Below are positions 62,025 to 64,000 of a stretch of 64,000 bases of DNA, piece after piece. Made by a program: the position numbers and the translations under genes. Source of the stretch: Lama glama (Eukaryota). The notes under the pieces were generated by a model. It was given only the letters and a program-made list of their open reading frames with translations, searched no databases and was not told the DNA's origin. The stretch covers positions 7,008,001 through 7,072,000 of the forward strand of contig CM052818.1 in assembly GCA_028534125.1 (NCBI GenBank), given 5' to 3'. Within the stretch, counting starts at the first letter, position 1, and each line of letters begins with the position of its first letter.

Positions 62025-62270
62025 CAATTATAATAAAAGCTTACACCAAAGAGAAGACTTACAATGTGCCAGGGACTGTGCTTTGGATACATTCTCTGCT
62101 TTAAGCCTCAAAACAGCCCTATGAAAGAAGCAGTACTACCATTGTCAACCCATTTTACAGATAAGAAAACTGAGGCAAAGAGGTTAATTGACTTGTCTAA
62201 AGTCATAGAGTTGGGAAAAGTTGTAGGTAGAATTTAAACTGAGGGAGTCTAACTCCAGACCAGTTGCTAG
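62025..62270 (-). mobile_element. MIR
   Basis: 'cccattttacagataagaaaactgaggcaaagaggttaattgacttgtctaaagtcatagag'. Confidence 0.85.
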
Positions 62271-62364
62271 ACAAACATCTCCAGCCTGTGGCTGTCCACA
62301 TGAAGCCCTGTGAGTGTCTGGGACTCCTTTGGATGTCTGCTGACCTAGAGCTGTTGCCAACCTG

Positions 62365-62590
62365 TTTAGGCTTTGGAGCCAGACTCGGGTTTGAGTCTTG
62401 GTCTACGATTCACTAGCCTTGTGACTTTGGCCAAATAAACTCTTAGCTACTATTCTGTGCCTTGGTTTTCTTACATATAAAATGAGGGTAGTAATATCTG
62501 CCTAGAAGTCTTGTGAAGATTAAATAAGATACAATGTTAGAGCCGATAGCAGGGTGCCTAGCATAAAATGTTTCAATAAATTCATTATTA
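62365..62590 (+). mobile_element. MIR
   Basis: 'ggctttggagccagactcgggtttgagtcttggtctacgattcactagccttgtgactttggcc...gtgaagattaaataagat'. Confidence 0.85.
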
Positions 62591-63795
62591 GTATTGAGTC
62601 TTAATCCTGGTGGCTGGACCTGAACTGACCTTTGATTTATGCAAATAGGATAATTAATAACCTGTAGTTTGCTATTGATCTACTTTCAACCTAGGTCCTG
62701 GCTGGAGGAAAGTGGGTTTGGTAACTTAGAAAGGCACGAGGAAGTGGTGGCAGGAGGGAGGAGAATCCTACCCCAACTCCCCAACAGCTGGTGCTGAAAA
62801 AGACAATTCTGCCAGTTACCCTCCACTCCCTTCTCCTCAGTTAGGGGACTCTTCCTCTCCTTTGGATGACGTTGGGTTTTCTTCCCCACTGTCATGGCTA
62901 CACCAAGTTTATTTCTGATGTCATCTGATTTGTGCTAGGTTCAAGCACCTCCCAACCTGAGGGTCAGCCCTGACAAAGCCAAATGCCTCCTGGATTTGTG
63001 CAGTGATTGCAAAGTCCTACCTCACCTGCAGCCACTCACATCCATTCTCACCTCCAAATATTTCAGCCACAGAAGGTGTGCTTTTTGTTAAAACTTTAAC
63101 CAGCCTTTTGCCTGGCTTTTTTTCAGGTCCCAAGTCTAGGAGCTGTTTCTGATCTATGTGGTTGATAAAGGCTTGTACTTTGTACTTAGATCAGACTCAG
63201 AGAAAGAGGCAAGTGGTCAGCCATGCCACAGATGGGAACAGGCACAAAAAGATGGCCAAGGAGGTGGCACTTAATGGTGAATGAAAGATGCCAGTCTTGA
63301 CTTTCAAATACCATATGATCAAAATTTTGCTTTAAAATAAGTGTGTCTATGTAGAATCCAGTCAAGAGAACTAATTTGAAAATACTTTTTTTCCTTTCCC
63401 TGCATTTTTTATTGTAAGCAAACAGCCCAGCATCCAAGATCTTACAGAGGTTTGTGCTTTTTTCAGCTAAGATGGCTTGACCTATATATAAGTATAAAAA
63501 CCCTGTCTAGCTCAAACTCTGAAAGTGGAACTATAACACATTTCCCTGAGATAAAATACCATGAAATCCTCTTGGTTTTTTCCAGGAACCCTTGAGTCCT
63601 TAAGAGGACAGAACTTAAGGCAATGGGAAGAAAAATATCTTGCAAATGTAGTTACCTGTGAAAGAAAAACCAAGAAAAGAAGGAATTGAAGGGAGCAGAT
63701 TATGAGAAAGATTGAAATAAAATCAACACACAGGAAAAGGCAGGGGAACCCACTGGACACGGCAATCAGAAGCGAGAAAGAACTGCAGGACATGC

Positions 63796-63848
63796 AGACA
63801 GACAGACAGACACACACACACACACACACACACACACATCACACACAC
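63796..63848. repeat. Compound (CAGA)n(CA)n microsatellite
   Basis: cagacagacagacagacacacacacacacacacacacacacacacatcacacacac. Confidence 0.95.
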
Positions 63849-64000
63849 TTAAAAGATGAAAGGGAACAAAATTGTTTGTGTGTGTGGAAGAAAAGGGGAG
63901 GGGAGATAAGGGGGGAGAGAGAGAGAGTGAAATTTCAAGATCTAGACCGGGTCAAGCTGGAAGAACAGGCACAGTAAGACAAGAGAGTGGGTGGGGAATC

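Overview
Mammalian non-coding genomic DNA, very probably from a camelid (alpaca or camel). The evidence is 11 copies of a tRNA-Ala-derived Vic-1-type SINE plus a recurrent young L1 3' end. I cannot support any protein-coding gene, functional RNA gene or CRISPR-like array. The supplied ORFs are chance ORFs, N-runs or decayed L1 ORF2. The window is a mosaic of old repeats (MIR, L2, MLT1, hAT and Tc/mariner fossils), younger L1 and SINE copies, and many solo ERV LTRs, most of which I could delimit by target-site duplications (TSDs). Family names come from recall of consensus sequences, not from a database search. Five features stand out: (1) ten ERV1-type LTRs between 9.3 and 21.0 kb whose orientation flips once near 14 kb; (2) a 500-N gap inside an LTR, with duplicated but diverged flanks, that may hide a full provirus; (3) a MER41-like LTR with an intact GAS motif, nested 6 bp inside a truncated L1; (4) an orphan CpG island at about 48.8-49.3 kb; (5) several nested insertions. 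I found no convincing new biological system, and the findings are hypotheses to test.
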